Assembly: GCF_006345805.1 (NCBI RefSeq)
Contig: NC_043003.1
Coordinates: 17,794,001-17,858,000, forward strand
DNA length: 64,000 nt
Source: Octopus sinensis
Lineage: Eukaryota
Reading direction: 5' to 3'
Part shown: positions 1-13,043 of the stretch, in pieces
Numbering within the stretch: position 1 is the first letter of the stretch
How the letters are laid out: each line of letters begins with the position of its first letter
Notes under the pieces: model-generated
Databases searched by the model: none
What the model was told of the DNA's origin: nothing
Seen by the model: the letters and a program-made list of their open reading frames with translations, nothing else
Translations under genes and position numbers: made by a program

Positions 1-80
1 TTCCTCTCTAAAGTAGACAAAATATTTTTATTCAAAACATGTTAAATTTACAAATGTTTATTGTGGAAATGTGTCTCTGT

Positions 81-479
81 AGGAGTGGCTGTGTGGTAAG
101 TAGCTTGCTTATGAACTACATATTTCCAGGTTCAGTCCCACTGCGTGGCACCTTGGGCAAGTGTCCTTTACTATAGCCTCAGGCCAACCAAAGCCTTGTC
201 AATGGATTTGGTAGACAGAAACTGAAAGAAGCCTGTCGTATGTATATATATATATATATGTATATGTGTGTGTATATGTATGTGTGTCTGTATTTGTCCC
301 CCCAACATTGCTTGATAACCGATGCTGGTGTGTTTACGTCCCTGTAACTTAGCAGTTCGGCAAAAGAGACTGATAGAATAAGTACTAGGCTTACAAAGAT
401 TAAGTCCTGGGATCGATGTGACCGACTAAAGGCAGTGCTGTAGCATGGCCACAGTCAAATGACTGAAACAAGTAAAAGA
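81..479 (+). mobile_element. tRNA-derived SINE family A
   Basis: Head ggagtggctgtgtggtaag...ggttcagtccc, internal (TA)/(TG) tract, tail gactgaaacaagtaaaag; more than 20 copies in the window. Confidence 0.8.
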
Positions 480-739
480 CTAAACGACTAAAGACACCCT
501 AACCACTAGGTGCATGGCTTAGTGGTTAGAGTATTGCAATCATGATCATAAGATAGTAGTTTCAGTTCCTAAACCAGGTGGTACATTGTGTTGTGCTTTT
601 TTTTTTATTATTACAACTTATTACTCTTGTCCACCCAGCTGTAGATTAGTCCCAGTGGGGGCAGCTAACCTTGGCCATACTAATTTGCAAAGCACCTGTA
701 AGTTATGAAGTATATTTACTCATGAGCAGGCCTCACAGA

Positions 740-1110
740 GGTGCGGTGGCTGAGTTCCTCTCGAGCGTTTGGCTTCATGGAGGCAAAGTGGCCAAGTTCC
801 TTTTGAGTGTTGGGCCTCATGGAGACAAATGACCAAAACCTTTGGCATTACGTCATGCTTGAGAAGAAGACCCATCAAGCTGAGCAAAATTGCAGTTGTG
901 GCAGATACCAGTGTCACGCAAAAGGCACCTGTGCCTGTAGCATGTAAAAGCACCCATTACACTCTCGGAGTGGTTAGCGTTAGGAAGGGCATCCAGCTGT
1001 AGTAAGCCATGATAAAAACAAACTGGAGCCTGGTGCAGCCTTCCAGCATGCCAGCCCAGTCAAACTGTCCAACCCATGCCAGCATGGTCAACGGACGTTA
1101 AGTGATGATG
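740..1110 (+). mobile_element. Family D (RTE 3'UTR-derived) copy
   Basis: gaagggcatccagctgt...ccaacccatgccagcatgg...gttaagtgatgatg. Confidence 0.7.
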
Positions 1111-2031
1111 AGAACAACAGTAAAGTGTCTCATCTATCTTGCCCCATCTCTGTCACATCGTCCTTGCCCTCTCTCAATCGCATGGTCCCTGTCCCCTCTC
1201 TGTTACATGTTTGCCATCTTCCTTTTCTCTCTCTTTTCTCCATCTGAGGAAGCCATGTTCCTCTTGCAATGCAAGACACCCAGTCTGCCCTCAATACTAC
1301 CCCCACCGCACCATTTGAGGGATCTTGTCCTGCAAGTTACTTGGTGACTTCACTGATGCTACTACCATCTACAAAGACCCCACTACATTCTGTGAAGTGG
1401 TTGGTATTATGAAAGGCATCCAGCCACAGAAACCATGCTAAAACAGACGGCAGAACTTGGTGGGTGTCATCTTCAGATTTGCCTGTTCTTGTGAAACTGT
1501 CCAACCCATGCCAGCATGGAAAATGGGTATTAAATGATAATGATGATGATGGTGATGATGATCAGTATTTTTCTTGGACAAGTGTCTACTATAACCCTGG
1601 GTTAACTAAGGCTTTGTAAGTGAATTTGATTGATGTAAACTGAAAGACGCCCACCATGTGTGTGAGTGTGTATGTGTGTTTTACTATCTCCTTGTCATCA
1701 TGTGATAGTTGTAAACAAGTGTCACTGATATACAAGCGGTGTCCTCTGCTTACAATTTTCTTAGAAAATATATGTCTGGTCATGGAGAGGGTCAGCAACA
1801 GGTGTTGTAAGTTTCTAAAACTCTTTTACTTGATACAAAGGTGACTGTTTTTGTCTATATCATACCAAAACTTTTTGAACTCATAGCATCAGAATAGCTG
1901 TTGTATATTTGATTACAGAGTGAGGATCTTTTTTGAAATATAAAAAGAAAAAAAACAGCAAAGTTCTTTCACTGAGGCTGTCCAATTAAACAATACACGG
2001 CAGATATTGCATGAGAATAGCTTCTATACTG

Positions 2032-3157
2032 GAAATACCTATTTCTTTACTACCCACAAGGTGCTAAACACAGAGAGGACAAACAAGGACAGATAAATGG
2101 ATTAAGTTGATTACATCGACCCCAGTGCGTAACTGGTACTTATTTAATCGACCCCCGAAAGGATGAAAGGCAAAGTCAACCTCTGCAGAATTTTAACTTA
2201 GAACGTAAAGGCAGACAAAATACCTATTTCTTTACTACCCACAAGGGGCTAAATACAGAGGGGACAAACAAGGACAGACAAATGGATTAAGTTGATTACA
2301 TTGACCCCAGCGTGTAACTGGTACTTATTTAATCGACCCCGAAAAGATGAAAGGCAAAGTCTGCCTCTGCAGAATTTGAACTAAGTACGTAAAGGCAGAC
2401 GAAATACCTATTTCTTTACTACCCACAAGGGGCTAAACACAGAGTGGACAGACAAATGGATTAAGTTGATTATATCGACCCCAGTGTGTAACTGGTACTT
2501 GTTTAATCGACCCCGAAAAGATGAAAGGCAAAGTCTGCCTCTGCAGAATTTGAACTAAGTACGTAAAGGCAGACGAAATACCTATTTCTTTACTACCCAC
2601 AAGGGGCTAAACACAGAGTGGACAGACAAATGGATTAAGTTGATTATATCGACCCCAGTGTGTAACTGGTACTTGTTTAATTGACCCCGAAAAGATGAAA
2701 GGCAAAGTCTACCTCTGCAGAATTTGAACTCAGAACGTAACGGCAGACGAAATACCTATTTCTCTACTACCCACAAGGGGCTAAACACAGAGTGGACAGA
2801 CAAATGGATTAAGTTGATTATATCGACCCCAGTGTGTAACTGGTACTTGTTTAATTGACCCCGAAAAGATGAAAGGCAAAGTCTACCTCTGCAGAATTTG
2901 AACTCAGAACGTAACGGCAGACGAAATACCTATTTCTCTACTACCCACAAGGGGCTAAACACAGAGAGGACAAACTAGGACAGACAAACAGATTAAATCT
3001 ATTACATCGACCCCAGTGTGTAACTGGTACTTATTTAATCGACCCCCGAAAGGATGAAAGGCTTAGTCGACCTTGGCGGAATTTGAACTCAGAACATAAC
3101 GGCAGACGAAATACTGCTAAGCATTTCGCCCGGCGTGCTAATGTTTCTGCCAGCTCT
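2032..3157 (-). repeat. Tandem array of six SINE family-B bodies behind one head
   Basis: Units start at 2032, 2217, 2401, 2575, 2749, 2923 (185/184/174/174/174/185 bp); head at 3108-3157. Confidence 0.9.
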
Positions 3158-3528
3158 TAAAAACCTATGCCTATGGTTTGTGTTGTTTCCTGCTTATATC
3201 AGCTATTGCATAGTTCATGAACTCTTTCTAAAACATTCATGTTATTGTCGTTATTACCTCATTAAAATTTTACATATCTTAGCTTGAATAAATAAGTGCA
3301 AATTTCTTGACAATGACCAATTTGTTTGTTTTCACACATCCTTTATATATATATTTTTTTTCTGTATCTTCCTTGTGTTTGCCTAAAATAAGACTTTGTT
3401 CAAACAATCCACCTCATATGCTGCGTGAATCATGTGTTTATAATTTAGCCGCACCCTTCTTTGTATATGCATCAATAAATATGTAGTGGAAAGTATTTTA
3501 TTTCTTATAAAAAAATTGATAAACTTTG

Positions 3529-3829
3529 CCCTTTTCAAGCCTAGCCAGGCTCATGGTCCCGGTTTCCTGGTTTCTGTGTCGTATGTGTTCTCCCCCAGCT
3601 GGACAGGACGCCAGTCCATCTCAGTGTTACTCAAGAAACAAGAAGAGAGTGTGAGAGAAAGTTGTAGCAAAAGAGTACAACAGGGGTCACCCTCCCTCCT
3701 GCTGGAACCTCGTGGAGCTTTTAGGTGTTTTCGCTCAATAAACACACACAACGCCCAGTCTGGGAATCGAAACCGCGATCCTCTGACTGCGAGTCCGCTG
3801 CCCTAACCACTGGGCCATCGTGCCTCCAC
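3529..3829 (-). mobile_element. tRNA-derived SINE family C
   Basis: Minus head ggaggcacgatggcccagtggttaggg...ggtttcgattcc; related copies at 5581, 18703 and 19688. Confidence 0.8.
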
Positions 3830-4881
3830 TTTTTATTTCTTATACTTTATTTTAATGTTAATCCACTTCTGGTCCTTAATCATTAATTATATTTTAGAAT
3901 TATAACTTTTGCTTGATTACCTGTTAATAAAAATAAAAGAAAAATGAAAAAATGTACATGCTATTCAAGACAATTTTTCTCGGTTTTATCTATTCTTGCC
4001 CTACTTTAAAATAGTTTCTATAAGTTGTTAAGTAGGAAATTTACATAGATTTCTATAACTGGTTCTAATGTCAAGAAGTTAAGGAAATATGAGAATTATA
4101 TTTATTCTTTCTATAGACGAAGGTGAGTGAGGATGAACTATAATTCTTGTCTTGATTTATGAACTCTGTTGTGAACACTTTTTGATATTCAGCTTCCTTG
4201 TTAATTATTCTATTGCAGGTTTTCTCAACGAGGGTTCTTATAGGATTTTGTTGTTAGCATCCATGTGTAATAAATTAGTTATACTTTTACAATACACATA
4301 ATTTTTGAACAATTTCTTTTTTTACAATTCCTACTTATATTTAATTATAAAAATATAATGGCGGAGGTGCATGGCTTAGTCGTTAGGGTGTCAGCATCAT
4401 AATCGTAAGATTGTGGTTTCGATTCCTGGACTGGGCGACACGTTGTGTTCTTGAGCAAAACACTTCATTTCACGTTACTCCAGTCCACTCAGCTGGCAAA
4501 AATGCATTTTTATTATTATATATCAACAGTGGAACTACATTTAATCAATTTGTCCACTAAAAATGCTCTTACCATTCTATTTCAAGAAATGTTTGAAATA
4601 TCTGTCATTGAGCTACTTGTTACAAAATTAGGATTGCGATTGAAAGATGTATGTCTGTACAGAAGAAATAAATTATTCCCTCCTGCAATGGACTAGTTTG
4701 AAAACAACTGTTCTGATAGATGTCAGTACAGTTTATTTTAAGTTAGAGATTCGAAAAATTAAACCATCTTTGACATGTGTTTCATGAACTTTGAAAATAT
4801 GAATGGATGTACAATTTACTGTTACAAGCCTTTTCATTGCAGCTTAGACTTCTGTTACAAACCATTAAAGCTTTTACAAAG

Positions 4882-5251
4882 AACTAGCAGTATCGCCCAT
4901 CGTTGCTCGGGTTTGCTTCGACCCTTTACAATTGGAATTTTTGAAAAGTAAAAATTTTGCATTATGTACATTGTTATTCTCTTTAAAGTGAACATTTTTC
5001 TGGTTGAAATACACCGAAAAAATAGGGATTTTCATAGAAAAAAATGCACCTTTTTGATGTAAATAATTTTTGGTGTTAACATGGTTCGATTTGAATTTTA
5101 TCTTATACGGAATGAAGAGCAAGCCTTCTTCTATCATACTCTCAATTTTGGTCAACTTGCACCGCAGGGTCTCGGAGGAGATAGTGTTAATTGAAGGCTA
5201 CCAAACCTGCCATACACAGACAACTTCAGCTTTACATATATATATATAGAT
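4882..5251 (+). mobile_element. Possible Helitron/HINE-like non-autonomous element
   Basis: 5' aactagc...gccc-atcgttgct-cgggt hairpin and 3' gctttacatatatatatagat end resemble this class; family match from memory only. Confidence 0.4.
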
Positions 5252-5580
5252 TTCATAGTTTACAATTCACAAGCTATGTAACTTTCAGTTACTTATTATT
5301 CTTTATACAAGCTATCTTGCAACTTATTCTCTATAAACCATACACCTTTTATTATGCATTTCTTGTCTTCTATACCAACATAAATTCAACATTGACTGAA
5401 ATTCTGTTTAGCTAGATTTCACCATTAATTTGCCATTTCCTGAAATTATTTTCATTCTCATTTACAAGAGAAACTCATGAGGTAGACCAAAATGCCTGTT
5501 ATAATACATGTTATAACAGAAATTTTCAGTTTTCTCTTTGCTTTGCTCTACTACTTTTCTTACTTTATTATTTTTTTTTG

Positions 5581-5881
5581 CCCTTTTCAAGCCTAGTCAG
5601 GCTCACGAGCCCGGTTTCCTGGTTTCTGTGGCATATGTGTTCCCCCCAGCTGGACAGGACACCAGTCCATCGCAGCGTTACTCAAGAAACAGGAAGAGAG
5701 AGTGAGAGAAAGTTGTGGCGAAAGAGTACAACAGGGGTCACCACCAACCCTTGCTGGAGCCTCGTGGAGCTTTTTTAGGTTTTTCGCTCAATAAACACAC
5801 ACACTGCCCGGTCTGGGAATCGAAACCATGATCCTCCGACCGCGAGCCTGCTGCCCTAACCACTGGGCCATTGCGCCTCAC
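5581..5881 (-). mobile_element. SINE family C
   Basis: Homologous to 3529-3829. Confidence 0.8.
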
Positions 5882-6519
5882 TTTTTCTCACTATCTTTCC
5901 ATTTTTCTTTTTATACTTCCTCACTATGGCTTTTCTCTGGAATTTTTACATGCCTTTATTTCTACAGATTTTTGTCTCTTTTGATCATTGCCTCAGCAGC
6001 TCTTGTTTTTCTCTTCTGTTTTTGTCTACGGCTTTTCTTTACACATTTTCCTACTCCACAACCTGATCTGCAGGTCAGACTGTGGAACACAGTGATCTGT
6101 GGCACAAGCAATTTCTCATTCATTAACTTCAACAGGTCATTTTGCAGTTTACAATTCACAGGCCTTGCAACTTTCTATTATACCTCTTTTGTCCACATTT
6201 TTCTCTATTGCAATAACACAAATTCAAACTTCAGTGTGACTTTTCATTCAGCTAGTCTCACCATTAGGTATAAGCTTAGCTGAACAAATTTACCAATTTC
6301 CCAGCAACTGTCTTAGTAGTATTATAGGTCCTCGACAAAAATCAGTGCAATGGACATGGTTGTGTTTATTTCTTGACAGCAGATAGCATACATAGATCAG
6401 AATTGGGCCCCTACCTGTGAGACTGCCAGTCAAGTCAGTGCAATAGACCCTATTGTATTTATTTATTGACAGCTAGTAACACCATACATAGATTAGAATT
6501 GGATCCCTGAACCTGTAAG

Positions 6520-6835
6520 CAGGGCTGTGGAGTCAGAGTCATGGAGTCGGAGTTGGAAACAGTTAAGGAGTAGCTGAAGTCGGAGTTGGTAAAAGTATTC
6601 CGACTCCGATTCTGACTCAATGTCTTTATTCTTTTATATAAACCGATTATAACATGCAGGCCTACTCAAAGTGCAAGTGTATGCATATGCTTTATGAGAT
6701 ATGTAGACCACAATCACTTAATTACATAAAGAGGAGTCAGAGCCGAAGTCGGAATCAGAGTTGGAGTCAGAGGTGCCAATAGTACAGGAGTCGGAGTCAG
6801 AGTCAGAGTTTTTTGTTTCGACTCCTTCAGCCCTG
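6520..6835. mobile_element. hAT-like MITE with GGAGTC subterminal hexamer repeats
   Basis: TIR cagggctg...ggagtc / gactcc...cagccctg; flanks cctgtaag and cctgtgcc match only 5 of 8. Confidence 0.65.
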
Positions 6836-7107
6836 CCTGTGCCATAAGAAGGTCCCAGTTACCAAAACTATGTTCATTTTCAATTCTTACTACAGTGAAA
6901 GTTTTAGCTCAGCATTTTATATATTGCTGACTGGTTTAAATCTGCACTGACTCCCTTTCATATTAGATATGTGAGTCACTATTTTATATTTGACTCTAAT
7001 TTATCATGTAACATAAGAACTATAGTTGAACCAGCTTTGAATCACATTGTGTCTATTACTTCAATAATTATTGCTCCGCTAATTACTGTGCTTGCTGTGT
7101 TATGAAG

Positions 7108-7428
7108 ACACATGGCCTAGACGTTATGGATATTCAGCTCATGATCCTAAGGTTGTGAGTTCAATTCCTGGCAGCGCTTTGTGTCCTTGAGCAAAACACT
7201 TCATTTTACATTGCTCCAGTCCACTCAGCTAGCAAAAAATGTGCAGTACCTATGTTTCAAAGGGCCAGCCTAGTCACCTCTTGTGCCATGCTGAATCTCC
7301 CTGAGAACTACATTAAGTGTACGCGTGTTTGTAGAGTGCTCAACCACTTGCATGTTAATATCATGAGCAGGCTGTTCTATTGACCGGATCAAATGGAACC
7401 CTCGTTGTCGTAACTGACAGAGAGCCAG
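7108..7428 (+). mobile_element. tRNA-derived SINE family E (fragments also at about 505-660 and 4362-4502)
   Basis: Head catggcctag...gagttcaattcc followed by ttgagcaaaacacttcattt...ctccagtccactcagct. Confidence 0.7.
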
Positions 7429-7621
7429 TATTAAAAATTACTGTTTGCTGACATAAAAGGCATACAGACGTAATTAAATGCACTGTACTTTCAGCAGTGC
7501 ACATTTAAGTAAAAGCAGTTTTTAGTGCATTAAAACTTATGGACGGCCCAACTTCATACATAGGACCCAAATTGACTTTTTTTGGAGACATTTTTTCTTT
7601 AAATATGTGAATCTTGTATGC

Positions 7622-8028
7622 AGGTGCAGGAGTGGCTGTGTGGTAAGTAGCTTGCTTACCAACCACATGGTTCCGGGTTCAGTCCCACTGCGTGGCACTT
7701 TGAGTAAGTGTCTTCTACCATAGCCTTGGGCCGATCAAAGCCTTGTGAGTGGATTTGGTAGACGGAAACTGAAAGAAGCCCGTCGTATATATGTATATAT
7801 ATGTGTGTGTGTATGTTTGTGTGTCTGTGTTTGTCCACCCAACACCGCTTGACAACTGATGCTGGTGTGTTTATGTCCCCGTAACTTAGTAGTTCGGCAA
7901 AAGAGACCGATAGAATAAGTACTAGGCTTACAAAGAATAAGTCCTGGGGTCAATTTGCCCGACTTAAGGCGGTGCTCCAGCATGGCTGCAGTCAAATGAC
8001 TGAAACAAGTAAAAGAGAAAAGAGAGAG
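7622..8028 (+). mobile_element. SINE family A
   Basis: Full-length match to the family-A pattern. Confidence 0.8.
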
Positions 8029-8090
8029 TAATCAAATATAGTAAACTTGGTGGTCTGAACACTATCAGTGGAAGTGTAGAAATAAAACCC

Positions 8091-8128
<38 letters not shown>

Positions 8129-8715
8129 ATAACTCTCTCTCTCTCTCTTTCATCATTTAACATCCATCTTCCAAGCTGGTATGGGTTGGAAATTTGACAG
8201 GAGCTGGCTAGACAGAGGACTGCACCATGCTTCACTGTATGTTTTGGCATGATTCTTACAGCTGAATGCCCTTCCTAATGCCAACCACTTTACAGAGTGT
8301 ATCAGATGCTGCTATTTGCTATTGTTGATCTATTTGTTGAAAAACAACAAACTTATTTACTAACAGTAGGACTCCATACATAATCTAGAGTAAAATTTAT
8401 TGATAATATTGATTTGAGTAGGAACCCTGTGAAGTTATGACCAGCTGCTATTGTTCTCAACTTCATTGGTTGAATGAATCATTAAGGGTGAAACCCGAGG
8501 TCCCAGTCAGATCAATATTGTGTGTATGTGTGTGGGTTTGTCTGTGTGTAAACATAATTGTGTATCCTGTTTTCTCTGCAGCAACACATGCAATGTTTTA
8601 CATTGAGTTAGCATATTTTACAGATATTACTCAGCTTTAAATTAGAATATGTTTAATTAATAAACGAGATCTATTCAGAATTCTGTTTTTCGTATACTTA
8701 TAAATATTAATAAAA

Positions 8716-8869
8716 GTGGCTGTGTGGTATGTAGCTTGCTTACCAACCACATGGTTCCGGGTTCAATCCTAATGCGTGGCACCTTGAGCAAGTGTCTTCT
8801 ACTATAGCCTCAGGCTGACCAAAGCGTTGTGAGTGAATTTGGTAGACGGAAACTGAAAGAAGCCCGTCG

Positions 8870-8900
<31 letters not shown>

Positions 8901-9068
8901 TTGTGTGTCTGTGTGTCTGTGTTTGTTCTCCCAACATCGCTTGACAACCGATGCTGGTGTGTTTACGTCCCCGTAACTTAGAATAGGTACTAAGCTTACA
9001 AAGAATAAGTCCTAGGGTTGATTTGCTTGACTAAAGGTGGTGCTCCAGCATGGCTGCAGTCAACTGAC
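8716..9068 (+). mobile_element. SINE family A with internal deletion
   Basis: Family-A head, body and most of the tail. Confidence 0.75.
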
Positions 9069-9866
9069 AGAGTGTACTGGGTGCTTTTTTATGTGGCACC
9101 AGTATTGGCAAGTTTCTTTTTTGGCATGGTTTCTACAACTGGATGCCTTTCCTAATGCCAACCACTTTATAGAGTGCGTTTTATGTGGCACCAGCAACAG
9201 TGAGGTCACCAAGTAACTGGTAGAACAAGACCCCTCAACTGAAGGGAGGAGTATTGAGAGACAGAAAAAGTGTCTTGCATTAGAATAGAAACATAGCTAC
9301 CTCAGATAGGGAGAGAGGAAAAAGAGAGAAAGATGATGTGATGGGGAAGTGCAGGGGCAGTACATCCAAGCTACAGGAAGGTGTACATTGTGAAGTGAAT
9401 CGGGGATTGGAGAGGATAAATGGGTGGGTGGATCCACATGATTTTGAAAGGAAAGTGGGAGCTAGAGGTGGTGGGGACAAGAAATGAATGGGTATTGGTA
9501 GAGGTAGGAGATATTAGATGCTGTGGAACTACCAAAGAAAAGAAATGGTAAAAGCTTCATTAATTGCCTTGGTTTTATAAATATTCTTTTTTACTCTAGG
9601 CACAAGGCCTGAAATTTTGTGGGAGGAGGGCATTTGATTAGATTGACCCAGCACGCAACTGGTACTTAATTTATTGACTCTGAAAGGATGAAAAGCAAAG
9701 TCAACTTCGGCGGAATTTGAACTCAGAACGTAAAGGCTGATGAAATGCCACTAAGCATTTCATTCAGTCTGCTAACAATTCTGTCAGCTCAACGCCTTTG
9801 GTTTATTCTTAATTTCCATTCAACTTGTATAGAAATACAGATGTTTCTTTCGGGGGGGGGGACAAT

Positions 9867-10095
9867 TTAACCCTTTAGCATTCAAATTAATATGTCAAAA
9901 GTAATCTTTATTCATTTACATTAAAAAAAAATGAATCTGGTATTATCTTGTAGCTTCAAGATTTGAAAGATGTAATTGTTTATTTTTAGAATTACATTGC
10001 AGGGTAGGTGTGAGATACTGGTTCTGGCCAGTTTGAGCATAAAATGAGTAGAATATTTGAGCCGGATATAGCCGGTTTAAACACTAAAGGGTTAA
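9867..10095. mobile_element. TTAA-flanked MITE (piggyBac-like ends)
   Basis: TTAA CCCTTTAG ... CTAAAGGG TTAA; homologue at 37598-37827. Confidence 0.7.
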
Positions 10096-11226
10096 GTAAA
10101 TAAATGACTGCGAAACAGTCTTAATTTAATAAATCATAAACATGAAATGCTTTTCTTGCCCACAAAAGAAGCTGACGAGGCAGATAAGAGAATCTCTCTC
10201 TTTCTCTCTCTTCCTCTCTCTTTCAACAATGATGAAAAATCACAAGGTAGAATTCAGTTTTTATCCTCATCATCCATGGTATCACACTATCACAGCACTT
10301 CCGTTTTTCTTTTGAATATAGCATTTAAATCTGTTAGACCAGATGGTGACTTATTTTTACTAGTTTTTTTTTTATAATACCGTTTGTGGTTCATTTCTAG
10401 GGTAACATTTGTAGGTTATTCATATTTAGATATTTTACAGTTGTATTTTTATACAGAGTTGAATGAAACTGTACAATAAACCAAATGACCTACAGCAGAA
10501 ATTAGTATTTATAAAACTGAGTCAGTTAATGAATCAGTCCTCTTTTTTTTTTTATTTTGCTTCCTTTTGAAATATTTGCTGACAGTTTGTATTTTTGGGG
10601 GAGGTGTGTGGGTGGGTGGGGGTACCCATTTTTAATACACACAGTATGAATGAAAGCAAAAATAAAATAGAGTAAATTGATCTTGTGTCAGCATAGGTGA
10701 TGATAATTATTGTTGTTTGATTAATTAAATTGTCTATTTACAATTGAGAGCCAGTCATCACTGCAAACAGAGTGTGTGGCTTGGTATCATGTACCGTGTG
10801 TACCATGCTGTTTCTAATTATCTTAGGTGCCTGTGTAGTCATGGATAGACATAAATACCCACTTGGTTTTCTCACCCTTTGACCCAGCAGCCCATCAAAG
10901 ATATAACAGCGGCACCAGCCCTCAGATGATACTCATTTTCAGCGAATAATTTCAGTTTGTCAATTGCATAGAAAAGATGTCAGTTTTATGATGTAACTAT
11001 TTTACACATTAACCACCACATGTACCTCTTGAGGGTTCGTTCCTTAACTCCACATAACAACCAATAACAGGCCATGGCAGTTAATATGTTAAAGATAATG
11101 CTTTGCTAAAGAAGGGTGACTTAATATAAGTGAAAAGATTAATCAAACAGTCAATTAGTTATTTAGTTAAACGGTCAACTAATTGACTAATGATAATGAA
11201 AGGAATGAAACATAGCCAAGGCATAC

Positions 11227-11613
11227 TCTTTTACTTGTTTCAGTCATTTGACTGCCTTTAGTTGAGCAAATCAACCCCAGGACTTATTCTTTGTAAGCCT
11301 AGTACTTATTTTACTGGTCTCTTTTTGCCAAACCGCTAAGTTACGGGGACATAAACACACCAGCATCGGTTGTCAAGCAATGTTGGGGGGACAACACAGA
11401 CACAAAAACACATACTCACACACACACACACACAGATATATACATATATACAATGGGCTTCTTTCAGTTTCCGTCTGCCAAATCCACTCACAAGGCTTTG
11501 GTCGGCCTGAGGCTGTAGTAGAAGACACTTGCCCAAGTGCCACACAGTGGGACTGAACCCAGAACCATGTGGTTGGTAAGCAAGCTACTTACCACACAGC
11601 CATTCCTGCTCCT
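11227..11613 (-). mobile_element. SINE family A
   Basis: Reverse-complement full-length copy. Confidence 0.8.
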
Positions 11614-12685
11614 GTATCTCAGGTAATCTTGTAAATTCACTAAAATTTTTTTCCAATCCAAACCATATTTTATGATATTATAACAATTAGCTATAATGCA
11701 GTGAGATGTCTTTGCCTAGTCCCCTCACCCCCAAATTTCAGACCTTGTGCCTACAGTAGAAAGGATTAAAACAATTAGCTATATCTTATCTTTTACTTGT
11801 TTCAGTCATCAGACTGTGGCCATATTGGGGCACTGCCTTGAAGAACTTTGGTCACACTTAGTATTTTTTTAAAGGCCTGACACTTTTTCTAGTGGTTTCT
11901 TTTGCTGAACTGCTAAGTTACAGGGACATAAACACACCAACACTGGTTGTTGAGTGGTTGATTGTTTGATTAATCATTTCACTGTTATTAAGTCACCATG
12001 CTTTAAGCAAAGCATTACCTTTAACATATTAACCACCATGGCCTGTTACTGCTACAAATACAGACAAAAAATATACCTGCATACACACACACACACACAC
12101 AACACACACACACACACACTACCAAAGCCACTCACAAGGCTTCGGTCAGCCTGAGGCAATCATAGAAGACACTTGCCCAAGGTTGTATGTATTTGGACTG
12201 AAGCTGGAACCAAGTGGGTGGAAAGCAAACTTCTTACCTCACAGCTATGCCTGCACCCATGTGAAATGCTGATACGTTTCTCATTACAGTATCATACTAA
12301 TTAGCGAACCTGTTTGGTAGTTTGGTTGATTTTGTTCGAATTTTGTTGGTATTTTTAATTCCCATATTAAAAACCTTTTGTAAAACTATTTTAACACAGT
12401 TACACAATTACCATATTCCTTGACCTTACTGGAATATGTAAACCTGCAGTTCAACAACTAAGGTGGATTTTTGTTTTATTTTGGGAGACGATTCTTTAAA
12501 TGAATTATCCTCAATTGTTTGAGTAAGTCTTTGATTTTTTTCTTTAAAATCCAAATAAGCTCCAGCATGGCCGTGTGGTTAACAAACTTGCTTTTCAACC
12601 ACATGATTTATAGATAGAAAATGTATGGAAGCCCATCATGTTTCTGATCATCAGCTGGTAAACCAAGCCTGGTTTTCTTTTGAAA

Positions 12686-12913
12686 TACTCTTTACTCTTT
12701 TACCTCTTTCAGTCATTTGACTGTGGCCATTCTGGAGCACCGCCTTTAGTCGAGCAAATCGACCCCAGGACTTATTCTTTGAAAGCCTAGTACTTATTCT
12801 ATTTGTCTCTTTTTGCCGAACCACTAAGTTACAGGGACGTAAACACACCAGCATCGGTTGTCAAGCGATGTTGTGGGACAAACAAAGATATACAAACATA
12901 TACACACACATAC

Positions 12914-12959
<46 letters not shown>

Positions 12960-13043
12960 CAGACTTCTTTCAGTTTCCATCTACCAAATCCACTCACAAG
13001 GCTTTGGTCGGCCCGAGGCTATGGTAGAAAACACTTGCTCAAG
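12686..13043 (-). mobile_element. SINE family A, 5'-truncated
   Basis: Tail and body present; stops near acacttgctcaag. Confidence 0.75.

Noticed and set aside
7656-7838. Recurrent peptide DGLLSVSVYQIHSQGF...CHAVGLNPEPCGW in many ORFs
   Set aside because: It is the antisense frame of family-A SINEs, not a gene family.
10147-10377. 76-aa ORF with a possible donor CAAG|gtagaa
   Set aside because: Low-complexity CT tract and no homology recognised.
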